The notes: a model not told the origin generated them from the letters alone. 64,000 nt of DNA from Trueperaceae bacterium (GCA_965213925.1 OZ243927.1:2976001-3040000), one strand, 5' to 3'; positions 39,551 to 49,284 are shown, numbered from the stretch's first letter. Made by a program: numbers and translations.

Positions 39551-40417
39551 ATGGATTTTTCTCTTTTACTTCAAGGTATTGTCTCGGGCGTTCTCGCCTC
39601 GGGGCTCTACGCGCTCGTCTCGGTGGGGCTGGCGCTGGCGATTGGCGTGATTGGCATTGTCAACTTCGCGCACGGCGAGTTCTTTATGGTGGGCGCGTTC
39701 TTGGCGTACCAGTTTTTTATCTCGTTCGGCTTCGATCCCGTCGTGTCGCTCCTCTTTGTCGCGCCTATCCTCTTTCTCATCGGCGCGGCGATCTACCTGG
39801 GAACCATCCAGTATGTCCTTAAAGCGCCCGAACTCAACCAGATGCTCCTGACCTTTGGCGTCGGCATCATCTTGCAAAACGCGGCGCTCCTCATCTGGGG
39901 CGGCGACCCGGTGTCGATCGCTAACGTGCCGTACCGGGCGTTAGGGTTTCAAATCGGCGGCGTGAGCGTCGGGGCGGTGCCGCTCTTTTCGTTTCTCATC
40001 TCTGTCGTTTTAGTTGGAGTGCTCTACTTTACGCTGCTCAAGACCTCTTTAGGTAAGGCGATGCGAGCGGTGGCGCAAAACCGCGTCGGGGCGAGTCTGG
40101 TGGGGCTCGAGGTGAACCGCATCTACCTCGTCGCCTTCGCGCTCTCCGCTGCTTTAGCTGGCTTGGGCGGTGTGATGATCGCCGTCATCCAGTCGCCCAC
40201 GCCCACCGTCGGCTTCGCGTATACGCTTAAAGCGTTCGCGATTGTCGTCTTGGCTGGGCTCGGCAACATTCGCGGCATCTTGTGGGCGTCTCTAGCTGTC
40301 GCCCTCTCCGAGTCGCTCGTGGCGACGCTCGTCCCGAACGGTGACGCGCTCAGAAACGCGGTCTTTTTCGCCATTATCTTTGTCGTGCTAATCGTGCGGC
40401 AGCGGGAGCACGCATGA
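39551..40417 (+). CDS. Liv-type ABC permease (LivH-like)
   Basis: NFAHGE, G.AMRAVAQN, AFAIVVLAGLG. Confidence 0.92.
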   Translation: MDFSLLLQGIVSGVLASGLYALVSVGLALAIGVIGIVNFAHGEFFMVGAFLAYQFFISFGFDPVVSLLFVAPILFLIGAAIYLGTIQYVLKAPELNQMLLTFGVGIILQNAALLIWGGDPVSIANVPYRALGFQIGGVSVGAVPLFSFLISVVLVGVLYFTLLKTSLGKAMRAVAQNRVGASLVGLEVNRIYLVAFALSAALAGLGGVMIAVIQSPTPTVGFAYTLKAFAIVVLAGLGNIRGILWASLAVALSESLVATLVPNGDALRNAVFFAIIFVVLIVRQREHA

Positions 40418-41403
40418 GACGCGCTACACCTCTTATCGCGTTGGCTGTTCTCGCCGCGCTCCTCTTTTTGATGCCCGGCTTACTCAAAGAGGTCTTCGGA
40501 CGCGCTTCGGTCTCGTACCTCTCGCTCTTGACAGGTGGCATCACGCTCGCCGTGCTCGCGCTGTCGTGGGATATTCTAGGACGCACCGGACAACTCTCGC
40601 TGGCGCACGCAGCGTTCTACGGTGCGGGCGCATACACCACAGCGATCCTCGTCAAGCTGACCGAGTTGCCGCTCTGGGTAGGGCTGCCGCTCGGCGGGTT
40701 CGTCGCGGCGCTTATCGCCCTCGCGCTCGGCGCGGTCACGTTGCGGCTGCGCGGCATATACTTCGCCATCGCCACGCTCGCCTTTACCGAGGTGTTGCGG
40801 GCTGTGGTGCAGCAGCTTCCTACGCGCGTCGCGGGTGGCGCGGCGGGCATCAACGTCGAGGCGCTTTTTCGCCCGACGTTTGTTCCCGGTGAGATGGAGC
40901 GTTGGGAGATCGCCTTTAACCGCAACGAGAGTTACTTCTTCGTCTACGCGGGGCTGCTCGTCTTGACGATTTTAATTAGCCTACTCATTCAAAGCTCGAG
41001 GCTCAAACCCGCCTTCACCGCCATCCGCACCAATGAAGAGGTAGCGGCGGTCATGGGCGTGCGTCCAGCGCGGTACAAGTTGCTCGCGTTCGCGCTCTCC
41101 AGCCTCCTCGTCGGCTTACTCGGCGCAGTCGAGGCGCACCGCATCGGCTCGGTGAGCCCGGACCAAACCTTCGCCATCGGCACGACCGTCTTAGCGCTCG
41201 TCACACCGATTTTTGGCGGACTCTACACGACGCTCGGACCTGTGTTGGGGGCGGGGGTGCTGGCGGGGCTCGAGGAAACTTTGAAGCGCACCTTCGAAGA
41301 CGGCTACCTGATTGGCTACGGCATCGTCCTCGTTCTCTCCATCCTCTTCATGCCGAGGGGCATCGTCGGACTGTTCCGGCGTATGTTCGGGAGTCGCGCA
41401 TGA
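40414..41403 (+). CDS. Liv-type ABC permease (LivM-like)
   Basis: GQLSLAHAAF, LRLRGIYFAIATL. Confidence 0.92.
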   Translation: MRRATPLIALAVLAALLFLMPGLLKEVFGRASVSYLSLLTGGITLAVLALSWDILGRTGQLSLAHAAFYGAGAYTTAILVKLTELPLWVGLPLGGFVAALIALALGAVTLRLRGIYFAIATLAFTEVLRAVVQQLPTRVAGGAAGINVEALFRPTFVPGEMERWEIAFNRNESYFFVYAGLLVLTILISLLIQSSRLKPAFTAIRTNEEVAAVMGVRPARYKLLAFALSSLLVGLLGAVEAHRIGSVSPDQTFAIGTTVLALVTPIFGGLYTTLGPVLGAGVLAGLEETLKRTFEDGYLIGYGIVLVLSILFMPRGIVGLFRRMFGSRA

Positions 41404-42125
41404 GCGTCTTATCGGTGCAGAATTTGGGCAAGACCTTCGGCGGCTTAGCGGCGGTGGCTGACCTCGACGTGGAGGTGTCCGAAGGCGAAATCTTAGCTAT
41501 CATCGGACCGAACGGCGCTGGTAAAACCACGACGCTGAACATGATGTCGGGGCTTCTGATGCCGTCTCGAGGGCGCGTCACCTTAAAAGGTCAAGATATC
41601 ACCCAGGCGGACCCCGCCACGCGCTGTCACGCCGGGCTCGGGCGAGCCTTTCAAGTCGTGCAGCCTTTTCCTGAAATGACAGTAGAAGAGAATGTGCTGG
41701 TAGGGGCACTTTTCGGCAAAGCGGGCGTAGGCGAGGCGAAAGGGCGTGAGCTTACGCGGGATGCGTTGGAGCGCTCCGGGCTTATGCACGTGAAAGATAC
41801 GCCCGCCGAAGAGCTGACGCTTTTGCAGGAGAAGCGGCTCGAGATTGCCCGCGCCTTAGCCACCCAACCCGATGTGCTTCTCTTAGACGAAGTCATGGCA
41901 GGCCTGCGTCCCGCCGAAGCGAAAGAGGCCGTCGCGCTTGTCCGCTCTGTGCGCGAATCGGGCGTGACCGTCGTCTTTATCGAACACGTCATGCCCGTCG
42001 TACGCGACCTCGCGGACAGGGTGGTAGTGATGGACTACGGACAGAAGATCGCCGAGGGAACCTATCAAGAGGTGACGAGCCACCCACAGGTGATCTCCGC
42101 GTACTTGGGTGAAGAGGAGCTATAA
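41400..42125 (+). CDS. Liv-type ABC ATP-binding protein (LivG-like)
   Basis: GPNGAGKT, LLDE, AYLG. Confidence 0.93.
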   Translation: MSVLSVQNLGKTFGGLAAVADLDVEVSEGEILAIIGPNGAGKTTTLNMMSGLLMPSRGRVTLKGQDITQADPATRCHAGLGRAFQVVQPFPEMTVEENVLVGALFGKAGVGEAKGRELTRDALERSGLMHVKDTPAEELTLLQEKRLEIARALATQPDVLLLDEVMAGLRPAEAKEAVALVRSVRESGVTVVFIEHVMPVVRDLADRVVVMDYGQKIAEGTYQEVTSHPQVISAYLGEEEL

Positions 42126-42127
42126 GC

Positions 42128-42838
42128 GTGATTTTGGAGACAAGGGACCTGAGCGCTGCCTACGGCAAAATTCAGGTGCTGTGGGACGTGTCGCTTTCGG
42201 TCAACGAAGGCGACTTCGTGACGATCATCGGCGCGAACGGCGCAGGCAAAACGACGCTTTTACGTGTGATTTCCGGTTTGATCCCCGTAAAAAGCGGTGA
42301 GGTGCGAGCGTTCGGCGAGCCGCTGGGTGGTCTCAGCGCTGCTAAGATCGTGCGGCGCGGCGTCGGGCACGTTCCCGAAGGGCGGCAGCTCTTCGGCGAG
42401 ATGACGGTCAAGGAGAACTTGGAGAGCGGCGCAGACTATCTGCCCCACGCAAAGAAAGAGGCTGCGGCGACTCGGAAGTTCGTCTACGACCTCTTCCCCC
42501 GTTTAGCAGAGCGGCAGAGTCAACTCGCAGGGACGCTTTCGGGCGGCGAACGGCAGATGCTCGCCATTGGGAGGGCGCTGATGAGCAAGCCGAAGCTCTT
42601 GTTAGTGGACGAGCCGAGTTTAGGTCTAGCTCCAGCTCTAACGAAGACCGTCTTTCGGGCGCTCAAACAGATCAACCAAGAGGGCGTGACCGTCGTTTTA
42701 GTCGAGCAGAACGTGAAAGGCTCGCTGCGCTTAGCGAATAAAGCCTACGTTTTAGAAAATGGTGAAGTCAAAAAAGAGGGAAGCGGTGAGGCGCTCTTAG
42801 ATGACCCGGATGTGCAGGCGGCGTATTTGTCGATGTAA
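42128..42838 (+). CDS. Liv-type ABC ATP-binding protein (LivF-like)
   Basis: GANGAGKT, VPEGR, LSGGERQ, DEPSLGLAP. Confidence 0.93.
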   Translation: MILETRDLSAAYGKIQVLWDVSLSVNEGDFVTIIGANGAGKTTLLRVISGLIPVKSGEVRAFGEPLGGLSAAKIVRRGVGHVPEGRQLFGEMTVKENLESGADYLPHAKKEAAATRKFVYDLFPRLAERQSQLAGTLSGGERQMLAIGRALMSKPKLLLVDEPSLGLAPALTKTVFRALKQINQEGVTVVLVEQNVKGSLRLANKAYVLENGEVKKEGSGEALLDDPDVQAAYLSM

Positions 42839-42855
42839 AGGACAGCAATGAGTTA

Positions 42856-42988
42856 TACGGGTCCCGATTTATTACTACATCAACTCCTTCGGAGTTTCTT
42901 CCGTAATCATCGGAACCCATAGCTCTTTATTCTCGCATCCGCTTAGGTCAAACGCGAAACTTTATTTTGTGTTTGACCGGAAATAGTA
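42856..42988 (+). mobile_element. 133-bp MITE-like structured repeat, copy 2
   Basis: Homologous to the reverse complement of 27127-27259; flanked by TTA (42853-55) and TTA (42989-91). Confidence 0.85.
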
Positions 42989-43090
42989 TTAAAAGTGAAA
43001 ATCTTTAGACTCATTGCTCGCCGTTCGTTTGCTTCGCAAGAACTAGCGTACACCAGTTCGACTAGATTGCTTTTAACTCATTGCTTTTGG

Positions 43091-44083
43091 TTAAGCGGGT
43101 ACGGGGGTAGGCTCGAGCCGCTTCACAATGTCATCCATCGCCTTCTGTGCGTGAACAAGTCCGTTCTCAATGAATACGTCGCTCGTGCGTTTGCCGAAGC
43201 CCGCCGAGCCAATGAAGTAGAGACCAGGAACGTTGCTCTCTAAGGTCTCTTCGTCTAGGTTGACCGAGCCGTCTTCCGGGTTGAAATCAACGCCCAAGCC
43301 GTCCACCATCTCGGGCGCGGCGTAGTAGCCCGTCAGTGCGAAGGTCATATCAGTCGGGATGGAGAAAGTTTCCCCCTCTTGCTCCACGATAACCTCGGTG
43401 GGTGTAATTTCCTTGGCGACCGCGCCTAAGTGCAAGTCGATGCTGCCTTCTTTGATGCGGTTTTCCAGGTCAGGGCGAATCCAGTACTTGAGCGAGTGGC
43501 GGAAGTCGTCGCCTCGGTGCACCATCGTGACCTGCGCGCCCGCGCGAAAGAGGTCTAAAGCGGCGTCGGCGGCGCTGCTGCCCGCACCGATGATGGTAAC
43601 GTTGCGTTTCCAGAAAGGGTGCGCTTCAGTGAAGTAGTGCGAGACATGCTCTTGGTCTTCACCGGGAATATCAAGCAGTTTCGGATTCTCATAGTAGCCC
43701 GTCGCCACCGCAACTTTGCGCGCCTGAATCTGCTCAGCGGGCTGCCTGTCCGGGCGCAGCGTCAGCTCGAAGCCTTGCGGTGAACGCTTCACGTCAGTCA
43801 CGCGAGTATAGAGCCGCACGTTGAGGTCTTCGTTGTGGGCAACTTTGCGGTAGTAGTCCAAAGCTTCTTTGCGCGTTGGCTTAGTACTACTTGTAACCAT
43901 CGGGTGATTACCGACTTCTAGCCTATCTGCAGTTGTAAAAAACGTGACGTAGGTAGGCCAGTGGTAAATCGCGTCCGTGATACAACCCGCTTCGATGAGA
44001 ACATAGGAAAGCCCCGCTCGTTTCGCGCGAATTGCCGCTTCTAAACCGACAGGGCCAGCACCGATAATGGCTAAATCAAACAT
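43091..44083 (-). CDS. ypdA: YpdA-family putative bacillithiol disulfide reductase
   Basis: GAGPVG, KPTRKEALDYY, ATGYY, SHYF.EAHP, VFIENG. Confidence 0.9.
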   Translation of the reverse strand: MFDLAIIGAGPVGLEAAIRAKRAGLSYVLIEAGCITDAIYHWPTYVTFFTTADRLEVGNHPMVTSSTKPTRKEALDYYRKVAHNEDLNVRLYTRVTDVKRSPQGFELTLRPDRQPAEQIQARKVAVATGYYENPKLLDIPGEDQEHVSHYFTEAHPFWKRNVTIIGAGSSAADAALDLFRAGAQVTMVHRGDDFRHSLKYWIRPDLENRIKEGSIDLHLGAVAKEITPTEVIVEQEGETFSIPTDMTFALTGYYAAPEMVDGLGVDFNPEDGSVNLDEETLESNVPGLYFIGSAGFGKRTSDVFIENGLVHAQKAMDDIVKRLEPTPVPA

Positions 44084-44201
44084 CTGCGTATGGTAGCAAA
44101 AAGCCGTCTACATCGGTATAGATGAGCTTACAAATAGTCCTGAAGTGCTCAGCGAGTCAGGAAAATCTTAAAACCTGACGAGCTGAAATGCTGACATACT
44201 C

Positions 44202-44849
44202 CTACGCTTGACTACTCGGACAATGCGGGCTTAATGTGCACGCTTCGCAATCTGGATTTCTAGCATGGCAAACCCTACGCCCGTGAAAGATAAGCGCGTT
44301 ATGCAGAAAAATCCAACTCTCTTTGGGGAAGAGGTTTTCTAATGCATCTTGCACTTTGTCGGGGTTCGTTTCTTTCGTGAAGCCCAGCCGCCGCGCTAAG
44401 CGTCCTACATGCGTATCCACCGCCACCGCCGGGCGTCCAAAGGCGTTAGCGAGCACCACCGACGCTGTTTTTCTGCCGACGCCGGGTAAGCTCATCACAT
44501 CGTCAAAATCTTGAGGCACCTCGCCGCCAGAATCCTCGACGAGTTTCTTAGCGGTTCCTACGCAGTTTTTCGCTTTATTTTTATAGAGCCCGATGGTTTT
44601 GATATAGGGGATGAGGTCTTCCGGTTCCGCTCGAGCCATCGCTTTCGCATCGGGGTAGCGTTCAAAAAGCGCGGGCGTCGCGGCGTTGACGCTCTTATCC
44701 GTTGCCTGGGCGGAGAGAATCGTTGAGATAAGGAGTTCGAAGGGGCTGCGGTGGCTCAGTTCGGTTTTAGCTTCGGGGTAGAGGGCGCGGAGTTCATCCA
44801 AAATGTGTGCGGCGCGCTCGCGCTTTCTTTTCATCGATTCGCGGGGCAT
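44202..44849 (-). CDS. nth: Endonuclease III
   Basis: LSAQATD, LPGVGRKTA, VDTHV, C-x6-C-x2-C-x5-C. Confidence 0.96.
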   Translation of the reverse strand: MPRESMKRKRERAAHILDELRALYPEAKTELSHRSPFELLISTILSAQATDKSVNAATPALFERYPDAKAMARAEPEDLIPYIKTIGLYKNKAKNCVGTAKKLVEDSGGEVPQDFDDVMSLPGVGRKTASVVLANAFGRPAVAVDTHVGRLARRLGFTKETNPDKVQDALENLFPKESWIFLHNALIFHGRRVCHARNPDCEACTLSPHCPSSQA

Positions 44850-45073
44850 AAAGACATCCTACCTTTGCAGCAGGTGCGGACGTACTAGGCGAGATGGACG
44901 TTCGAGAAAACAGGTTGTGAAGCTTGAGATTGGGCTCGAGTCCTGCCCTATTTCAGCCGCCCTCGTTAAGTCGGTCACAACTTCACTATACCTTCAGACT
45001 CTTACAGAAATCTTACAGACCGAGTGACCTGCTCGGCTTAAACTACCACTATCACTGAGGGGAAAGACCCCAC

Positions 45074-45152
45074 CCCTCGGAAGCGATGATACCTAGACCC
45101 GCAATTTGGGCGCTTGGGACTAGGAGGAGCTAGTAGCGCAACCGGCCGAGGG
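45074..45152 (+). ncRNA. Cyclic di-GMP-II riboswitch
   Basis: GGAAGCGATGA..CCTAG..GGGCGCTT..CTAGG..GGAGCTAGTAGCGCAACCG; GCGCT/AGCGC pseudoknot; CCCTCGG/CCGAGGG closing stem. Confidence 0.85.
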
Positions 45153-45211
45153 TAGCACTTTGCTATGCCCGGTACCTACATCGACTTCTTATGGGGTCAA
45201 GGGAGCAGAGT

Positions 45212-47212
45212 ATGCCAGTGACCAGCACAACCCACACCCAAGCCAACCAGACCAACCAAGCTAACCAGACCAACCAAGCTAACCAGACTAACCGCCAGTC
45301 CTACCTTCGCTTAGCCCTCTTAGCCGTACTCGTCTTGTTCTTCACCGCTTGTAGCAGCGTTACCGACACGCCTAACCTAGAGACCCAGGGCAAGACCAAG
45401 TACCTCAAGGTGCGCGTCGCCTCGGACAAAGACGACGCCGAAGAGCGCGCCTCGGGCAAGGTCGTGCTTGACAGCACCGACTTAGAGCTGCCCTACGACG
45501 TCAAGCGCGGTCAGCAGATCGTGGGCGTGCGCTTCAAGCGCGTTACGATTCCCCAAGGTGCGACCATCAAGCGCGCCGAGGTGCGTTTCAAGGCGGACGA
45601 GCGTGACGGCGGCACGGTGCGCCTCAAGGTGCGCGCCGTTGACAGCGACAGCGCCGCCCCTTTTAGCACAGCGCACCGCAGCCTCTCCAAGCGCAAGACC
45701 ACCGCCGCCTCGGTCACCTGGCAACCCGCCGCCTGGCGCAAGGTCGGCGAGCACGGCGGCAAGCAGTGGACGCCCGACATCGCCGCGCTCTTGCAAGAGG
45801 TCGTGAACCGTCAAGGCTGGAGAGAGGGCAACGCCTTCGCGCTACTCATCAGCGGCGAGGGCAAAGCCAAGCGCGTCGCCGAGTCCTACCGCGGTGACCG
45901 GCGCGGCGCTCCGCAGCTCTACGTCGAGTACACCCTTAGTAGCGCCGCTCCGAGCGCTCCCGAAGCGGCACCTGCGCCCGCGCCCACCCCTGCACCTGCG
46001 CCCACAACTAAGCCCACGACCAAGAACGCGCTCTACGTCTCGACCAAGGGCTCCGACAGCAACGACGGTCGCTCCAAGGACAAGCCGATCAAGACCATCT
46101 ACAAAGCCACCAAGCTCGTCAAGCCTGGCGACACGGTCTACTTGCGCGGCGGCGTCTACAAGGGCAAGTACCAGGGCTACGTCGGCTACGACCGCACCCC
46201 CTTTACCACCGACGGCACCCAAGACAAGCCCATCACCATCACCAGCTACCCTGGCGAGCGCGCCATCATCGACGGCAGCGACCGCCACTGGCGCGACTCC
46301 AAGAGCCTCAGCAGCCCCGAGCTGTTCAAAGTGACCGCCGACCACTACGTCATCCAAAACCTGACCTTCCGCCGCGGTGCCGGGCGCGGTCTCTACCTGA
46401 GGGGCAAGCACATCACCGTGCGCAACGTCTTATCGCACCACCATCATAGCGACGGCATCTACTTCTTGGGCGACTACGGCACCTTTGAGGACACCGTTTC
46501 GCACTCCAACTACAGCGAGCAAAATGGCGGCGACTCTGCCGACGGCATCAAGATTCCTGGCGGCGTCAAGCACGTGGTGAGAAACTTCTTAGCCTACAAC
46601 AACTCCGACGACGGTGTCGACATCTTCTGCTCCAGAAACACGCTCATCGAGTACAGCGTTGCGCACTCCAACGGGCGCGGTTATGCGGGCAACGGCAACG
46701 GCTACAAGTTAGGCTGCCGCGGCAACTACCAGTCGCGCATGAACAACCAAAACGTAGTGCGTTACAACATCGCTTACAAAAACCGCTCGAACAACTTTGA
46801 CACCAACGGCAGTGGCGGGGTGACCCTCTTACACAACACCTCCTGGAAAGCGGGCGGGCGCGGTTTCGCTGGTGACACCGACAGCCGCCGCCGGGTCAAC
46901 GTCGTCAAGAACAACATCAGCTACCAAGACGCCAAGGGTGTCGGCATGGGCAAGGGTGACAAGGAGAGTTACAACAACTGGAACCTGGGCATCCGCAACC
47001 CCGAGTTCGTCTCCCTAGACCACCGTTCCAGCCACTTCTTCAAGCTCAGCCGCGGCAGCGACGCGATTGACGCCGGCAGCAAGCTGAGCAGCTCCTACCG
47101 CGGTTCTGCGCCTGACCTAGGTGCTTTAGAGTACGGCTCCAGTGTCGCTGAACTGCTCGGTCCGACCGTTAAAGCCCTTCAGGGTGGCACCCTCAAGTTA
47201 GCCGGCTTCTAA
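45212..47212 (+). CDS. Surface lipoprotein with N-terminal beta-sandwich domain, Pro/Ala linker and PL9-like right-handed beta-helix
   Basis: Lipobox FTAC; YVS..GSD.NDG, PGDTVYLRGG.Y, ADG, NSDDG.D, GNGNGYKLG, PDLGA.E. Confidence 0.8.
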   Translation: MPVTSTTHTQANQTNQANQTNQANQTNRQSYLRLALLAVLVLFFTACSSVTDTPNLETQGKTKYLKVRVASDKDDAEERASGKVVLDSTDLELPYDVKRGQQIVGVRFKRVTIPQGATIKRAEVRFKADERDGGTVRLKVRAVDSDSAAPFSTAHRSLSKRKTTAASVTWQPAAWRKVGEHGGKQWTPDIAALLQEVVNRQGWREGNAFALLISGEGKAKRVAESYRGDRRGAPQLYVEYTLSSAAPSAPEAAPAPAPTPAPAPTTKPTTKNALYVSTKGSDSNDGRSKDKPIKTIYKATKLVKPGDTVYLRGGVYKGKYQGYVGYDRTPFTTDGTQDKPITITSYPGERAIIDGSDRHWRDSKSLSSPELFKVTADHYVIQNLTFRRGAGRGLYLRGKHITVRNVLSHHHHSDGIYFLGDYGTFEDTVSHSNYSEQNGGDSADGIKIPGGVKHVVRNFLAYNNSDDGVDIFCSRNTLIEYSVAHSNGRGYAGNGNGYKLGCRGNYQSRMNNQNVVRYNIAYKNRSNNFDTNGSGGVTLLHNTSWKAGGRGFAGDTDSRRRVNVVKNNISYQDAKGVGMGKGDKESYNNWNLGIRNPEFVSLDHRSSHFFKLSRGSDAIDAGSKLSSSYRGSAPDLGALEYGSSVAELLGPTVKALQGGTLKLAGF

Positions 47213-47270
47213 ACGGAGACGACAAAGGTAAACGAGTCAATGAAGTTGAACAAGGTAAATAAGCTAAAGC

Positions 47271-47299
47271 GCAAGGGCGTCCACTTGGGACGCCCTTGC
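47271..47299. terminator. Hairpin between convergent genes
   Basis: GCAAGGGCGTCC/GGACGCCCTTGC. Confidence 0.7.
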
Positions 47300-47346
47300 T
47301 TGTTGGGACTACAAAATTGCAAGAGCAAACGCTCGAGCCCGCTTGT

Positions 47347-49284
47347 CTACTTAGCCATACTAGCGGGCAACACCGTATCCTCTCGCTCCGAGAGGTTCTG
47401 AATGCGCGTATCTTCGGCGACGTCGGTGTCGGGTTGCGTCACCGGGCTCACCTCGCCCAAGTACCCCTGCAACGCTGCTTGCTCCGCCGTTTCCAAATCC
47501 TGTCTGTCTGTAGCGGGGAAGGGATAGGAGTCGCCACCGTCCGCCAAAAAGCCCAAGGTTACGGTGCGAATAGGGCGCTCCGGGTCACCGACAACAACGC
47601 CATTTTCTACAATGACGTCTTTGACTTCGCCGCTATCGTCCAATAAGACGACGTTCTGTACGCGCTGACCCTCGCTCACGACGTTGCCCTCTTCGTCCAC
47701 CTCACTGGGCGGCAGGCTCGGGTCGAAGGAGAAGGCTAAGCCGCCGACTTGCGGGAACTGCCCCGGCGTCGCGCCGGGCTCCGCCTCTGCGACACCGTGC
47801 TCTAAAATCTGCTTCAACTCCCGCGCGGTGAGCGTGAGAAGCGTCAAATCGTTATCAAAGCGCAGGGCGTTTTGGATGTCGAGCTGCGAGACGTCGCCCT
47901 CTTGTTTGTCGGTAAGCGGATTAGCTCTTGGCGGCACACGCTCGCCCGTATCGCCCGGCAAAACCGCGCCGATGGCTGCGCGGATGCCGCCGCCGTTTTT
48001 AATCGACACAGCCGTATCGGGGTCCGTTTCTCTGGCAACTGCAAGGTTCGCGTCTGCGGTGAGATTACCTAGATTCGTTTCCTGCGTACGCACCGCTTCG
48101 CGCAGACCGTTCAGATAGACTTCGGTGCTACCGAATATCTCGCCGTCGAGTTCTTCGATGACAGTGCGCACGTCGGCGACGGCTTCTAACACGCCATCAG
48201 CGGGCGCTTCGTCGCCCGCCTCGGCGACGCCCTGCTCGTCGGTCGCGTACGCGCCGCTCTCCTCGCCGATGTTGACCAAGACGCCCGCGCTGTTAAAGCC
48301 CGCGATAAGACGCCCGACGTAGCGGTACTCACGGCTCGTGTTGACTAAAGCGATAGGCTCGCCCGAGGCGTTGGTGTAGAGCAGCGGGTAGTTACCCCTA
48401 CGCTCGTCGCCTTGACGCAATCTGTTATTTGGCGTCGCGAGGAGCGTGTCCGAGCCGCCCGCGATCACGATATCGACGCCGCTGAGCATCTGCGCCAAGT
48501 CAATTTCATTCTCGAGCTGCTGCAAATGCGCCAGAACGACGATTTTGTTGACACCTTGCGAGGTCAGATCGTTGATAGCGGGCTGGACGATTTGCGCCAA
48601 CGCCTGCATATCTTGTTGGTCGCGCGGCGACACCTCCACGTCACCCGGCGAGGAGATGCTGGGCAGTTGCGGCGTGGTGACGCCGACGACGCCGAAGGTT
48701 TCGCCGCCCTCCGTAATGACCACACTGCCCGCGATGCTATTGGGCACGCTCGACGCTTCTTGTCCGTCCGGTACGACGAAGTCGCCCAAGTTGCTGCCGC
48801 TAAAGTCTAAGTTAGTGCTGAGATACGGAAACGTCGCGCCGGGATAGCCGTCCTCTTCGTCGGCAGCGATGAGGTCTTCCACCGTATCCGTACCGAGGTC
48901 GAACTCGTGGTTGCCAAACGCGGCAGCTTGCACGCCAAGCGCGTTGTTGATGCGGATGTCGGCGCTGCCCGAGGTCGCGCTGAAAAAAGGACCGGGGATG
49001 TAGAGGTCACCCGACGAGAGAATCAAGGTGAGGTCGTAGTCATCCCTTAGCCCGTTGATCACTGAAGAAAAACGCGGCGCGTCCTCGATCGCGGCGACTG
49101 CGCCCTCTTGGTCGCTGGCGTGGAGAATCTGCACGATGGTTTCGGCGTCGCCCTCCAAGGGACCACGCGTGCTCTGAAAGGGCAAACTCGGGTCGTCGGT
49201 CGGTTGAGAGGTGCTAGGCGCGCACGCAGCGAGCGCGAGTATAAGGGCAAGAAAGAGGTTGAGGTGTAAACGTCGTTGGTGCAT
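47347..49284 (-). CDS. 5'-nucleotidase/metallophosphoesterase lipoprotein
   Basis: Lipobox LAAC, HASDQE, SGD, GNHEFD, NGGGIR, FPQVGG, GGDSY. Confidence 0.9.
   Translation of the reverse strand: MHQRRLHLNLFLALILALAACAPSTSQPTDDPSLPFQSTRGPLEGDAETIVQILHASDQEGAVAAIEDAPRFSSVINGLRDDYDLTLILSSGDLYIPGPFFSATSGSADIRINNALGVQAAAFGNHEFDLGTDTVEDLIAADEEDGYPGATFPYLSTNLDFSGSNLGDFVVPDGQEASSVPNSIAGSVVITEGGETFGVVGVTTPQLPSISSPGDVEVSPRDQQDMQALAQIVQPAINDLTSQGVNKIVVLAHLQQLENEIDLAQMLSGVDIVIAGGSDTLLATPNNRLRQGDERRGNYPLLYTNASGEPIALVNTSREYRYVGRLIAGFNSAGVLVNIGEESGAYATDEQGVAEAGDEAPADGVLEAVADVRTVIEELDGEIFGSTEVYLNGLREAVRTQETNLGNLTADANLAVARETDPDTAVSIKNGGGIRAAIGAVLPGDTGERVPPRANPLTDKQEGDVSQLDIQNALRFDNDLTLLTLTARELKQILEHGVAEAEPGATPGQFPQVGGLAFSFDPSLPPSEVDEEGNVVSEGQRVQNVVLLDDSGEVKDVIVENGVVVGDPERPIRTVTLGFLADGGDSYPFPATDRQDLETAEQAALQGYLGEVSPVTQPDTDVAEDTRIQNLSEREDTVLPASMAK

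Noticed and set aside
45074..45152. c-di-AMP (ydaO) riboswitch
   Set aside because: ydaO motifs are absent; the sequence fits c-di-GMP-II instead.
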